64,000 nt of DNA from Squalus acanthias (taxonomy: Eukaryota). The stretch covers positions 113,648,001-113,712,000 of the forward strand of contig CM059431.1 of NCBI GenBank assembly GCA_030390025.1, in the 5' to 3' direction. Every line of letters starts with the position of its first letter. Within the stretch, counting starts at the first letter, position 1. This document shows positions 12,441 through 24,379 of the stretch, in pieces. The position numbers and the translations under genes are program-made. The notes under the pieces were generated by a model that saw nothing but the letters and a program-made list of their open reading frames with translations, made no database searches and was not told the DNA's origin.

Positions 12441-12864
12441 ACATAGAAACATAGAAACATAGAATCTAGGAGCAGGAGTAGGCCATTCGGCCCGTCGAGC
12501 CTGCTCCACCATTCAATACGATCATGGCTGATCATCCAAATCCAGTACCCTGTCCCTGCTTCAATCCCCACAGTACACATATCCCACCCTACCCCCGTAA
12601 CCCCACGTATTTAATTTCCCCTAACATATCCCATCACCCCACATATTTAATCCCCCCTAACACTAAGGGTCAATTTATCATAGCCAAATCAACCTAACCC
12701 GCACATTTTTGGACTGTGGGAGGAAACCGGAGCACCCGGAGGAAACCCACGCAGACACAGGGAGAATGTGCAAACTCCACACAGACAGTCACCCAAGGTC
12801 AGATTCGAACCCGGGTCCCTGGCGCTGTGAGGCACCAGTGCTAACCACTATGCCACCGTGTTGC
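12441..12864 (-). mobile_element. HE1-like V-SINE (tRNA head, V-domain, CR1-type tail)
   Basis: Reverse complement has A-box TGGCATAGTGG, B-box GGTTCGAATC, V-domain GTCTGCGTGGGTTTCCTCCGGGTGCTCCGG, and (TTCTATGT)n tail. Confidence 0.92.
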
Positions 12865-13484
12865 TGGTGGGGGGTCGTTCCTGCTTCTGAATGCGTGTTG
12901 GCTGAAGCATTGAGCTCCAAAATGGCACTGCTGCCGTCAAATCAGCGTTGCACGCTGATTGACATCATGATCTGCCTACTCTGCATACTTATGGCGGACG
13001 TTCACTGCACGCGCGATAAGACCCTCACCAACATGGTGTCCGGCGCGATTCGCCCCACACTGGACGCCATTTTGGCACCCAAACGGCACCTGTAGCACCA
13101 AAGCAATGGGTGCTACCGATCTGAATTTTGCGCCAAAGTTTTGTTTAAAGGGAGATGATTAGCCTTTCTCAGTACAAATTTTCCACCAAATTTGTGGGTC
13201 GCAATTTGGGCTGAGACCTCTTTCTGCCTGGTCTCTGCCCCTTTTGTTAACATGCCAAATTTCTGCTGGAAGTAGGGATTGGAGCTTCGTGCGTTTACCT
13301 CCATGTAGGTGTCATCAGAAAAGGTCGGACTGGTGGCACGGCAGCACCAGGCAAAGATCTTGCCAGTTTCACCAACACTTGGTACACCTCCACACTGCAG
13401 GCAGACCAGTGTGCTAAGAATACATCGGGCAGAGGTGAGGCCCATAACTTCATCAAATAGCAGTTTCCTAATGGCAACTGATTA

Positions 13485-13737
13485 CAAAGATGCCATTGGG
13501 AAAGCCTTTCAGCCCATCATGTCTGTGCCGGCTCTTTGAAAGAGCTATCAATTAGTCCTACTCCCCTGCTCTTTCCCCATAGCCCTGCAATATTTTGCCT
13601 TCAAGGGTTTATCCAATTCCCTTTTGAATGTTATTGGTTTTGTGTTTGACCCCAAGATGAGCTTCTGACCACATAGCCGCTCCATCACCAAGACTGCCTA
13701 CTTCCACCTCTGTAACATCGCCTGACTCCGACCCCTT
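13485..13737. repeat. CR1 3' fragment (-) abutting an L2 ORF2 fragment (+)
   Basis: 13485-13635 matches other CR1 tails in the window; 13636-13737 resembles the reverse complement of 6865-6960. Confidence 0.7.
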
Positions 13738-13762
13738 CCTTGCATAAAATTGGGTATAATAT

Positions 13763-14170
13763 TGAGTCAGAAGGCTGTGGGTTCAAGTCCCACTCCAGAG
13801 ACTTGAGCACAAAAATCTAGGCTAACACTCCAGTGCAGTATGGAGGGAGTGCTGCACTGTCAGAGGTGCCGTCTTTCGGATGAGACGTTATATCGAGGCC
13901 CGTCTGCCCTCTCAGGTGGACGTAAATTATCCCATTGCGCTATTTCAAAGAAGAGCAGGGGAGTTATCCTCGGTGTCCTGGCCAATTTTTATCCCTCAAT
14001 CAACATCACTAAAACAGGTTATCTGGTCATTATCACATTGCTGTTTGTGGGAGCTTGCTGTGCGCAAATTAGCTGCTGCGTTCCCTCATTACAACAGTGA
14101 CGACACTCCAAAAGTATTCATTGGCTGTAAAGCACTTTGGGACATCCGGTGGTTGTGAAAGGCTTTCTTT
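13763..14170 (+). mobile_element. DeuSINE (SacSINE1-like), 5'-truncated
   Basis: B-box GGTTCAAGTCC; Deu-domain GGTGCCGTCTTTCGGATGAGACG...GAAGAGCAGGGG...GGTGTCCTGGCCAA; L2-like tail. Confidence 0.85.
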
Positions 14171-14664
14171 CTTTTATTTAATTTTCAAATCTGGTGGTTT
14201 CGTGGGACAATTATATCACTAAAAATTTACTGGAAGATTATCCAAATCCCAACAGTTTATTAGAGCAATATATGGCTTAAGCCTATTTAAAACCCTTTTA
14301 ATATCCTTGTTAGTCTATTTGGAAGGAGATAACATGCAGTTTCTGCCAGTTTAATGGAGCGAATGCAAAAATGCTATCTGGCAGCCCAAGATCAATTACC
14401 TAACTCTAGTAATGGTTTAGGGTCTTTAGAAGGCTTCAAAATGAATCATGCTAGATTTCAACTGGTGTGAGTTCCACTGAGGGCTTTCTAGGGTTCAAAA
14501 GGAGGATTTTCCCAGAGAAGCCCAAGAACGTCCCCGAAAACTGGGCACGGTGTGAAATGAGCTGCTGATTCACTCTTGCCCATTTCACAGTACTGACAAA
14601 GACCAATTTCACCCCACTATTTCTACTAGTTTTATAAATTTTGCTTTAACTATGTTATTCAAAA

Positions 14665-15075
14665 TTATGAGTGATTTTGACAGAGTAAATAGGGAGAAAC
14701 TGTTTCCACTGGCAGGATTGGTAACCAGAGGACACAGATTTAAGGTGATTGGCAAAAAAGCCAGAGGGGAGATGAGGAGAATTTTTTTTTTACACAGCGT
14801 GTTATGATAAGGAATGTGACGTAAGAAAACTACTAGGCACTTGGTCTAAGCATTAAACATAGCTTTAATCAACTGTTTTACAACATGGCGATCTAGTTGT
14901 CCTTCACTGGTTGCTGTTAAAGAATGTCCTGAGCAAGCTGGGCCCATGCCCGAGTATTTATACTCTCCCTCGACAGCGCCACCAGCAGGCCGCCCAGTAT
15001 TGTGTCATAAGTCATTTCTCATGAATGACAAGATTCATGTCAGAATGCACTGCCTGAAAAGGTAGTGGAAGCAAA
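14665..15075 (+). repeat. CR1 ORF2 3' fragment split by a small LTR
   Basis: Encodes FDRVNREKLFPL..TRGHRFKV..RRIFF, and resumes as GAATGCACTGCCTG after the LTR. Confidence 0.75.
14817..15042 (-). mobile_element. Small solo LTR (226 bp)
   Basis: TGAC...GTCA termini; perfect 5-bp TSD GAATG; minus-strand TATAAA and ATTAAA. Confidence 0.85.
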
Positions 15076-15077
15076 TT

Positions 15078-15370
15078 CAACAAAAACAATTTACATTTAT
15101 ATAGCACATTTAATGTAGCAAAATGTCCCAAAGCGCTTCACAAGAACAATATCAATAAAAACATTTTGGGCACAGAGCCACAGAAGGAGATATCAGGACA
15201 GATGACCAAAAGCTGGGTCAAAGAGGTAGGTTTTAAGGAGCATCTTAAAGGAGGAGAGAGATGCAGAGAGGCGGAGAGGTTTAGGGAGGGAATTCCAGTG
15301 CTGAGGGCCTTGGCAGCTGAAAGCAGGGCCGCCAGTGCTGGAGCGATGGAAATCGGGGATTCGCAAGGGT
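15078..15370 (-). repeat. L2 3' fragment
   Basis: WNSLPKPLR..FKMLLKTYLF; homologous to 6237-6520. Confidence 0.85.
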
Positions 15371-15439
15371 AAGAATAAATATGGTAAGGAGATCAGGAAT
15401 CCAGTTTTCAATTGTAAATTAAATGAGAATGAACCACAT

Positions 15440-16705
15440 TGTAGGGTGGTAATGGGGTCAGCCTTCACTTTCTGACTCAGTGAGCGGTTCGAATCGCTCC
15501 CACACCCCTCTGGTTCCTAGACTTTGGATTTATTTAGGGGTTGTGAACAAAATTGCAGTGGACAACAGTTTCTGATGAAAGAATTTTACTTTATTAAAAA
15601 GAAAAAAGGTAACAAACTTGAAACACACTTATTACTTGAACACAGATTGGGGAGCACACGGTACAAGCGAGGGAGAATGACAATATACCAAACAAAACCT
15701 TATCCCTCCCAAAGATCCCACTATCTAGCTAGGTTTTTGGTTTCAGGAGATCAGGGATAATGCTCACCAACAAATCCTTGGCAGGATTTTAGAGTCTTTT
15801 GTTTAAAAGATTTTGTAAGGCCCTTGTTGCTGCGAGGTGTCCGATGGCCACTGAGGCAGTCGCTCTGGTTTCTTCTTGTGTGCTGGTCTGTTTGCTGGCC
15901 TTCCTCCTCGTGGCTTGTAGTGGTTTTTGCTGGAGCAGGGAGAGAGCTGTGTCAGCGTAGTCAGCAAGTCCCAAAAGAGAAAAAAGTTATGGGACAGGCT
16001 TTCAATTATACTGTTTCTTTTTCGCGCCCCAAAACCCCTTACTAAAACGGATTCCTTTAGGTTGCAAATGAACCTTGCTTAGTCCATTGTCTTGTTTTGG
16101 CGGGCTTGCCAGTTCCGATGGCTTTAGCTCAGTGTTAAACATGTCCTGATCGTTTTCCGATTTAAACACAGCCTTATCTACGCGCCAAATCTCAACCCTA
16201 TTGTCCTAGGTCTTTTGGCGGGCTTTTAAATCTGTTCTGTGGATACCTGGTTGATTGGTTTTTGATGAAGTACTAAATGTTTTATTGATTTCAGGCTTCT
16301 GGTATCCTGTTTGGGCCTGGGAATTTCAAAAGGGGGTCTTGGATTATTCATATTTCGGTGTGTGTGTGTGAGTTTTTGGTTTGTCTTTTCCTCCTTGGTA
16401 GGATTGCAGTGTAAACAATTCCCAGACAGCTTGATTGGGCCCCAATACCCAAAGCTGTTCACTGCCTGGCCACGCCCCTTCACAGCCTGTCTTGTGTCTG
16501 TGAAAGGTGTCTTTCCCAACAGTAAGATTCAAAAGTCAGTTTCCTCAGAGTTTTTTCTTCCCTGATCTTTAAAATGTCCAAAACTGAGGTTTTTACATCA
16601 CATCACTTCACTTAGGTCCTATCATCTCAAGTTTGTATGAAAGGTCCAAAAATCACTCCCTTTAGGGCTCTGTTCGAGTTTCTGGGGGATTTTGCGAAGC
16701 CTACA
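15440..16705 (-). mobile_element. Complete solo LTR (1266 bp), ERV/Gypsy-like
   Basis: TGTAGG...CCTACA termini; perfect 4-bp TSD ACAT (15436-39 and 16706-09); minus-strand AATAAA. Confidence 0.92.
15444..15508 (+). other. tRNA-like (A/B-box) cassette antisense within LTR U5
   Basis: GGGTGGTAATGGGGTCAGC..TTCTGAC..GAGCGGTTCGAATCGCTCCCACACCCC. Confidence 0.55.
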
Positions 16706-16915
16706 ACATCTGTGCTGTTTTCTGAAGTTGATAGAATCGAAAATTCTATTTTTATTGTTCTTCAACTTTTAATATCATTGGTAGTATCTCATGAATTCAC
16801 ACTAAATTATAACTGAGAAATGCCTGGAAACATAAGCTTGAGAAACAGAACTAACAATGTGCAACATTCTGTAGGAAATCCATTTGGTATTTTGCTAAAC
16901 ACCTCAACTCAAGTA

Positions 16916-17279
16916 CAGGAAACTCTTTATTAACCGGCACCGACGGGACCGGCGTGGTGCCGGTTAATCAAAAAGTCCGGATAATGGAGAGTTATATCTC
17001 CCAACGTACGAGAGCCCCGTACACATTGACATGCGCCTGCATTCGGAGCTCTGTCTCCCCGGGGACCGCCAGCTGACCATCTGTCGTGTCCGCTGCCTAC
17101 CCGGGCTGCACATTCCCCTCCCAATCTACACGCTCCGATACAAGGCAAACGCCTCGGGGTTTTTTTTAAAGTTAATTTTAAACGAGAGATGAAGGAAAAC
17201 CCCGGTTACCTACTCAAGAATTTTGCCGGTTAAGAGAGATTTCCGGATATTTGGGTGCCGGTTAATAAAGAGTTTCCTG
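16916..17279. mobile_element. Tc1/mariner-superfamily (pogo/Tigger-like) MITE
   Basis: Perfect 26-bp TIR CAGGAAACTCTTTATTAACCGGCACC, TA TSD, subterminal CCGG repeats. Confidence 0.92.
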
Positions 17280-18199
17280 TAAAAGGCAAATAATGGAATC
17301 TGAAGTATTTAGGATACCATGCGATAATGAAAAAGAGAAATATTTTAAAATATTTTATCACCTGTTGTATGGAAAATAATTTTAAATTTGAAAGACTAAA
17401 TACTTACATATATATTATTTATATAATTCTATTAATAATGTTGATCCTTACTGGAGGGAATGGGACTGAACCATACAGAATGCTGACTGCGCCAACAGCG
17501 AGTCATCCATTTAAAAAAATTACCGGTCACCGCAGAGAAAGGACAAGAAAGATCGAGTACAATGAATCTCCTGCATAGATAATGCTGGGCTTCTACCTTA
17601 TCTTCCATCGGGTCAACAATATGGCATGAGACACCCATTCTTTTTAAATTACTTTTAAATTATTTTGTATTAGATCTCCATGTCCTGATGTACACTAACC
17701 ACATAATGCAGGATACTGAAACTCTTAACACCCTGAAACCAATTGTATGTTACATGGCAGTTGCTGGGTCTGAATACAGGGTACTTCACAAATTACGTAT
17801 TAATAATCTATCTGTTGTAGCTAGTTACACATCATATTCAGTTAAAACACTTCAGACTAGAAATTCGTTATAGCCAAGAAATGGGCAGTGTTTAGACTAA
17901 AAAAGGTTAAGCTGCACCACCTGAAAATCGTTTAGGAGTCACGCAAAATTCGTGTTACCTCCTCATTAAAATGATTGTAGTCATGATTCTAGTCTAAAAA
18001 TGTAAGCTCATTGACATCACACTGAAAAGCTGGACCATTATCGGGAGCAGTCTAATTGCAAGTCATGATTGCCACAGGCTTTTTCCACTACTTAAAAGGG
18101 AGGTTCATTGATGCTGCAGCACCTCATTGTCAGGATTGTTAGGTCTGCAGCTGCCCCAACAGCAAAGCAAACAACAGCCTGAAGATATCCATAACAACC

Positions 18200-20049
18200 A
18201 TGGCAGACCGGAGACGGAGAGAGAGAGCCCGTGGGTTCTCCAATGAAGCTCTTCAGGCATTGGTGTTCGAGGTAGAGAGAAGGCAGGTAGTCCTATACCT
18301 GCCAACTGGCAGGAGGCCCTCGCCACAAGTCTGCCGCACTATCTGGAGGGAGATAGCAGACCACGTCATGGGCAGCAGTGTGGTCCCCAGGACCCACACC
18401 CAGCGCAGGAAGAAGTTTAATGACCTCACACGGGTGGACAGGGTGAGTGAAGGCTTCAGCAAATGCCACATACCACCATCTGTACCACAAGCTTCACACA
18501 CTGCTCAATGCACCACACCCCCAGCACTCACCCACCAACAATCTCTACCTAGCAAACACTCACACCCACATCTCACACCTTGCACACAATGACAGCTACT
18601 CAACTATGGCAGGCACATCACCCAAACACATTGCACCACACTCACTGACACATTCCCCTTGCTCTTGCAGGCTAAGGTCGTTCACATTCATCAGGAGCAG
18701 GAGTGGGCAGGCGGGGGCCAGGTTGACTTTGAAGAGCTGAACCAGCTGGAGAGTCGAGTGCTGGAGATCATTGGGCACCAGGTCATCGGCACCGTGGCCA
18801 CCGGCGACATTGACCCCCTTGGGGTCAACAACGGTATGTTCATTCCTAATCCTTCTTCTCACATCCCACTTCCCCCTCAGCCCACAATCTTTTCTCACTT
18901 TCAAGCTACTCATGCTGTATGCATGCATTTCTGGCTTCCCCACCCCCCTCCCCTCACCATAACCCGACTCTTGTGCCTTTCTGCTTTCAGATAATCAGCC
19001 TGTCCCCGAGGGCACTGCAGAGAGCGAGGGGGGAGAAGAGGAGGAAGAAGACGACACCGCGTTACTGCATCTCTCACTTGCAGACACCAGCTCAGAAACT
19101 GGCACTACGCATTCTTTAGAGGCTAGTGTAGTAGCGGGATCTGCACAGGGTGAGGCACCGGGCATGAGTGGGCTGCAGCAAAGCCAGAGGGAAAGGATAG
19201 CTCGGGGGCCAGCTCCCCAGAGGGCGAGTTCGCGCGCGGGTTCTGCTGTACAGGACTCAGATGAGGACCTCGATGGGGTGGCCTTCAGAAGAAGGGTGAT
19301 GGGCATGCACACGGAAATGATAGGTGCAATGGCAAGGCTGCCAGAGAGCCTCTTGGCAATGGCAAGGAGCGTGGAGGAGTCTGCCTCCAGCATTGCACAG
19401 GGCTCTGCGCGGAGCATGGAGCCCAGGATTTCCAATCTGCAAATGATGGTAGACTCCCAGAGAGACTGTGGCGACCCAGACATGATGGCGCGCATGATGA
19501 GCGGTATCGCAGCTTCCTTTGCAGCACAGGCGGAAGCAACTTAGTGTTTATTAGTTCTGCAGTCTTAATGCTGCAGCGGAAGCTCAGAGTGCTTTCATGC
19601 AGTCTCAGCTTGAAGCCACCCAAGCTCTGACTGTTGCCATTGTGGCTGGGTTTACCACCGTTGAGCTCCAACAGATTGCTCGGAATGCTGAGGCCCCGCC
19701 CCAGGGGCATGGCAGTGGGTGAGTGGAGCAGGAACCTGCTGTCCTCTCTCAGGATGACAGCATTCCTACTCCCACCACTGCCACTCCTCCATTGCCCTTG
19801 TTGCTGCCTGTCAGCCAGCCAGCCCAGACTGCTGCCGCTCATGCCGAGGTGGTGCATTCTACAGCCGGGCCTTCTAGCTCCACAGCTGGTCGAGGTCATC
19901 CTGCAAGGCCATCTGAAGTCTCCCGCATGGAAACTCAGCAGCCTTCCACCAGCCATGCTACAACCACTGGGGGAGCACTGCATAGGAGCACTAGATCAGG
20001 AAAGGGCACACAAAAGACAGACACTAAGGGATTGCACAAGAGTGATTAG
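18200..20049 (+). pseudogene. Harbinger Myb/SANT gene, 3 exons (18200-18442, 18671-18833, 18991-); spliced frame open to TAG at 19544
   Basis: RARGFSNEALQALVFEV...WREIA...RKKFNDL; canonical GT/AG sites; the ancestral C-terminus continues out of frame to 20049. Confidence 0.88.
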
Positions 20050-20213
20050 TTAATAGTATTCATGTGTGATATGATTATAGATACATTTATTTATTGTGGT
20101 TGGAATCTTTTGTGGTGTCTCTCATTTCAAATTGTGCCCAGGAGGATGCTGTGATACGGCATGAGACAGGAATGCTACAATGGGGGTGTGGAGAGCAATG
20201 GGGATCTGGGGTT

Positions 20214-21379
20214 TCATTCATGCAAATTGGAGTCTGATGAGCCAATCACAGTCAGCCCAACCAGAAGGCTGATTGTCTGCCTGCCTCCTCCCTCCCTTCT
20301 GTTACTCTTCCTCTTCGTCCTCCTCCTCCTCGTCCTCTTCCTCTTCCTCCTCCCCCTCCTCCTCTTCCTCGTCCCGCAATCCCTGGTGGCAAGGGCTGGG
20401 TACTCATGCTGGCCAAGTTGTGGAACATGCGGCAGACCACCACAAAATGGGACACCCGCTCAGCCGAGTACTGGAGGGCTCCTACCGAGCGGTCAAGGCA
20501 GCGGAACCATTGCTTCAGCAGGCCGATGGTCTGCTCGATGAAGTTCCTGGTTGGTAGCATGGCTCTCATTATATGAGTGCTGGGTACGAGTGTTGGGGTT
20601 ACGGAGGGGAGTCATCAGCCAGGTGCAGAGCGGACAGCCCTTGTATCCGAGCAGTCACCCTCGAGCTTGACGTGGTGGCTGGAAGAGTGCTGGCACACCG
20701 GTCTGGCACAGGAGGAAGACATCGTGGCTGCTGCCAGGATAACGGGCATTGACATTGAGGATTCGCTGTGTGTGGTCGCACACCAAATGTACATTAAGTG
20801 AGTGGTAGCCTTTGCAGTTACGGAAGATCACAGGATTTTTATACGGTACCTGCAAAGCCACGTGGGCACAGTCGAAGGCGCCCTGCACCATGGGGAATCC
20901 CGCTATCCTGGCAAAGCCACATGCACGCTCGTCCTGCTTCTCTCTGATGATTGGGAAGCCAACGTAGTCCCTTCTCCTGGTGTAGAGAGCCTCTGTGACC
21001 TCCCAGATGCAGCGATGGATGGTGAACTGTGAGATGGTTAGATATATCTCCTGCTGCGGTCTGGAAGGGTCCACTGGCAAAGAAATTGAAGGCCATGGTG
21101 ACCTTGACTGCCACTGGGAGAGCTGTGGTTGCCCTGGTCTGAGGCTAGAGGTCTGGTTGCAGGAGGTGGCAGAGCTCTGTGACCACCTCCTTGGTTAAGC
21201 GGAGCCTCCTAATACACTGCTCCTCATTTAATTGCAGGTAGAAGTGCTGTCGGAAGACCCTAGGTGGGTAAGGCCTCCCGTTGAGAGCCCTGATGGCCCT
21301 CCTCCTCCCTCTGCGCACATGTTTCCATTTTTCTCGTTCCCTCCGCCGTAGATCCTGGAGGGTGAAGTACAGCCCCCAT
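20214..21379 (-). pseudogene. HARBI1-like DDE transposase
   Basis: [63 protein letters not shown]; frameshifted. Confidence 0.9.
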
Positions 21380-21455
21380 GACTTTTAACAAGAGTGTTGT
21401 AGTATGAAGCGTGTCAAAAATAATTAGGGAATTTTGTACTTGCCAGAAAAGTCCC

Positions 21456-22320
21456 TGGCCGCGATTTTTTCCAATGGAGGCGGGTTGGGTGCGGGTCAGG
21501 TGGTTTCCAGCTTCCAGTCCCGCCCCCAACTGCATCCGGCCCACAGACGTGATTTTACATTGATTGACCTTATTAAGACCGCCCTGCGGGCTTGCCGGCC
21601 ATTTAAGAGGAAGCCGGTCAGATGACGTCATTTGATGACGCGTCATCTGTCGGTTTTCTTAAAGGGACCATGCACATTTTTTTTTGACAGCTAATTTCTC
21701 AGTGTTTGACAGCATTGAGGTACTGCAAACACTGACAATCACTGTACAAAGGTGAACTCTTACAACCAGGCTCTCCAATGACTCCCTCCATAGGTTGGAA
21801 TAGATGGCAGCTGCAGGTGAGGTGACAGAAGCGATCTGTCACTGGTGAGAGAGGTTCTCCCAATGAGGTGGCACTGGACATGGATTTCAAAACTTGTTAC
21901 CTAAAGAAATGTGTAAATGCATTAAAAATTATTTTCCCAACATTTTCTTACCTCTGAGACTCACCAGTGCACCATTGGATCCTTCACACCACTTCTGCAG
22001 CTGTCATCAATCCAGAAACATTACAGCAGACTCGTAACATGCCACACTTACCTGGCGTGGTGTCCGGACGTCAGGAAACCCGAGGCAGAAGCGGGAAAAT
22101 TAAAAAATAGCCTGTCAACTACTATCAACTACCTGTTAATAGGCAGGTAATTGGCTTTAATCCTCTTCCCGCCGCTAGGTGTAGGGTCCATGCGCAAAAC
22201 GGGGACCCGACACTTGGGAAAATTGTTTGGAGGCGGGTTGACGTAGGATCGCAACCCGCCGTCAATCAAAAAGATTTTACCCTTTGACCCGCCTCCAAAC
22301 CCGCCCCCTGATACCCACTA
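21456..22320 (+). mobile_element. Non-autonomous Harbinger derivative nested in the 17853-22708 element
   Basis: GGCCGCGATTTT end; 5' ~330 bp shared with 36971-37743. Confidence 0.7.
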
Positions 22321-22944
22321 ACCTTGAAATAACTGAAGAAAACTCTTGCAGTTGCAGGAAGTAGCACACAGCCACTCAAGGTGCAAGTGATTGGTGATGA
22401 TCCCTTTAAATATCATCGCTGTAGCCAGCTTCCTGCTGCTGCACGCCACCTCTGCCTGTCGTGGCTTTCTCCAGCCGGTAACTGCAATGGCCAAAACAAA
22501 ATTGGGAGATCGGGAGAGTGTTGCACACTCACTGAAGTTATGATCTCCGTGATTGCGATGTCCCCGAGTTTAGCGGCAGTGCTACTGGCAACACGGAAAT
22601 GGCGTGCGCTGCTGGGACCAACATCAGCTGGTGGTAGAGCGCCAACCGCCGTTTTAGCGCCATCGTGTGGCACTAACGTGTGGCGCTAATCATTCAAATT
22701 TCTCCTCAATTTAAATGAGAAGCACAAAATTACTGAAATCTCGTCCTTTCTTCATAGAACAAATTCACATCTGTACAAGTGTTTTATCCCCTGTGCAAAT
22801 CTGCTAGAATTTTATATGCTCAGGTTAGTCATCCTTAATAATCACATTTTTCATGCTAATTTCCATAAACAAAATTTAGCATTGGAGCAAGTTTCAGAAT
22901 ATTGTTAACAATGGTAGAAAAGTCCTTAAACACCTAGAACGACA

Positions 22945-23200
22945 AGGCCAGCAGCCGCATGGTAACACCATGTTCCCTCCAAGTCATACAACATCCGGAC
23001 TTGGACATATATCGTCATTCCTTCATCGTCGCTGGGTCAAAATCTTGGAACTCCCTCCCTAACAGCACTGTAGGAGAACCTTCACCACACGGACTGCAGC
23101 GGTTCAAGAAGGCGGCTCACCACCACCTTCTCAAGGGCAATTGGGATGGGCAATAAATGCTGGCCTTGTTAACCATGCCCGTATCCAAAGAATGAATATT
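22945..23200 (+). repeat. 3' end of a non-LTR retrotransposon (same family as 60000-61575)
   Basis: SFIVAGSKSWNSLP..LQRFKKAAHHHLL and GGGATGGGCAATAAATGCTGG tail. Confidence 0.75.
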
Positions 23201-24379
23201 AAAACAATGACTGAAGAATAAATTAGTATAAAAGGATGTTATCACTAAAACTGGAACTCCATTATGTGAGGGAGAGCTGGGACACTCTGGAGTCATTAAC
23301 CTCACAGTCAATTATGTTCAACCAGATGAGTTTCAAATACAGATTGAGAAACAAATTATGAAAAATTCCCATGTTTATTGTCTTGAATTTAAGCCTAATG
23401 GAAAACAGTCAATCTGCTCCCAAAGCTAACATAAGGAAAAGGTCACAGTTCTGCTGCGGTAAATATGCTGCAGATTTACTTCATTGATTTGTCTAGATGC
23501 TTTAGTTCACATAACATTATTGACATGTTCATACACACAATAACCCATTAAGGCCTTCAGCATTTAGCAGAGTGTTCTACTTTTAAGCAAAATAATTCAG
23601 AAAAGCTCTCATAAAGAGGGAGTTTTACCATTATAAATTGAAATAATTAACGTTAAATAGTAACTTGTTTTGTTTGTTATTTTGGAAATGAGTCCTAATG
23701 GGGGGAAGTGATTGGAGGAGTTATTAAATATGGTATGATGGAAACTGAAGTAACAGCAGTAGGAACAGACATGGCCTTAGCAATCATGCCAATATACTGT
23801 AGTATTCATTTAACTCCCTCACACTGTTGGACTCAATAAATTATCCAAGCCAATTCAACAGATAATGTCATCAACTGTCACCAATTGAATATATATCATT
23901 TCTTTTTTTAATAGTTTATGAACAAATTCAGTTTTTATGATTAATTCTTATTTACCAAAGAAAAAGTTGATTTTAGGTGATATTTGATTTTAATAGACCT
24001 CCAGGTTATTTTTTGCAAGAATAATTAAAAATATGTTTGTGTATAACCTGGTCTGACATTGTATTGCCAGTTTGCATTAGCAAATACTGTATTGTACAGT
24101 CTTGTCAAGGTATGATATAGATATCTAGTGGTTGGTAATGAGTATTTTCCCAATTGTCACTTTTGAAATTCATGCTCACTCACTTTGGCATAAATCTCAT
24201 AGCATTGATGATTCATTTATGCCAAATGTTTGTCATGGTAATCATTCTTTGGCATTACTTGTGCTGGCAATATTTTACACAAGGTGATCACAAATTAAGT
24301 TTCAATGTCAATACATGAACATGAATGTAAATGATGATATGCGAGTGACCCACACTTCCTATTCATGAATGGAAATAAT

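Larger units (their letters stand above)
8573..13134. mobile_element. Near full-length PIF/Harbinger transposon (decayed)
   Basis: Convergent Myb (+) and DDE nuclease (-) genes between degenerate TIRs GGGCCACTAAATTC ... GAATTTTGCGCC. Confidence 0.88.
17853..22708. mobile_element. Near full-length PIF/Harbinger transposon (decayed) with nested derivative
   Basis: Myb (+) and nuclease (-) genes collinear with 8573-13134; degenerate TIRs (CTAGAAATTC / AAATTTCTCCTC). Confidence 0.85.

Noticed and set aside
12790..12864. tRNA gene (also 32670-32736 and 49862-49930)
   Set aside because: These are tRNA-derived SINE heads continuing into V- or Deu-domains, not genuine tRNAs.
17432..17638. Possible minus-strand exon with a GTAAGG donor
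   Set aside because: Peptides unrecognisable and no linked exons.
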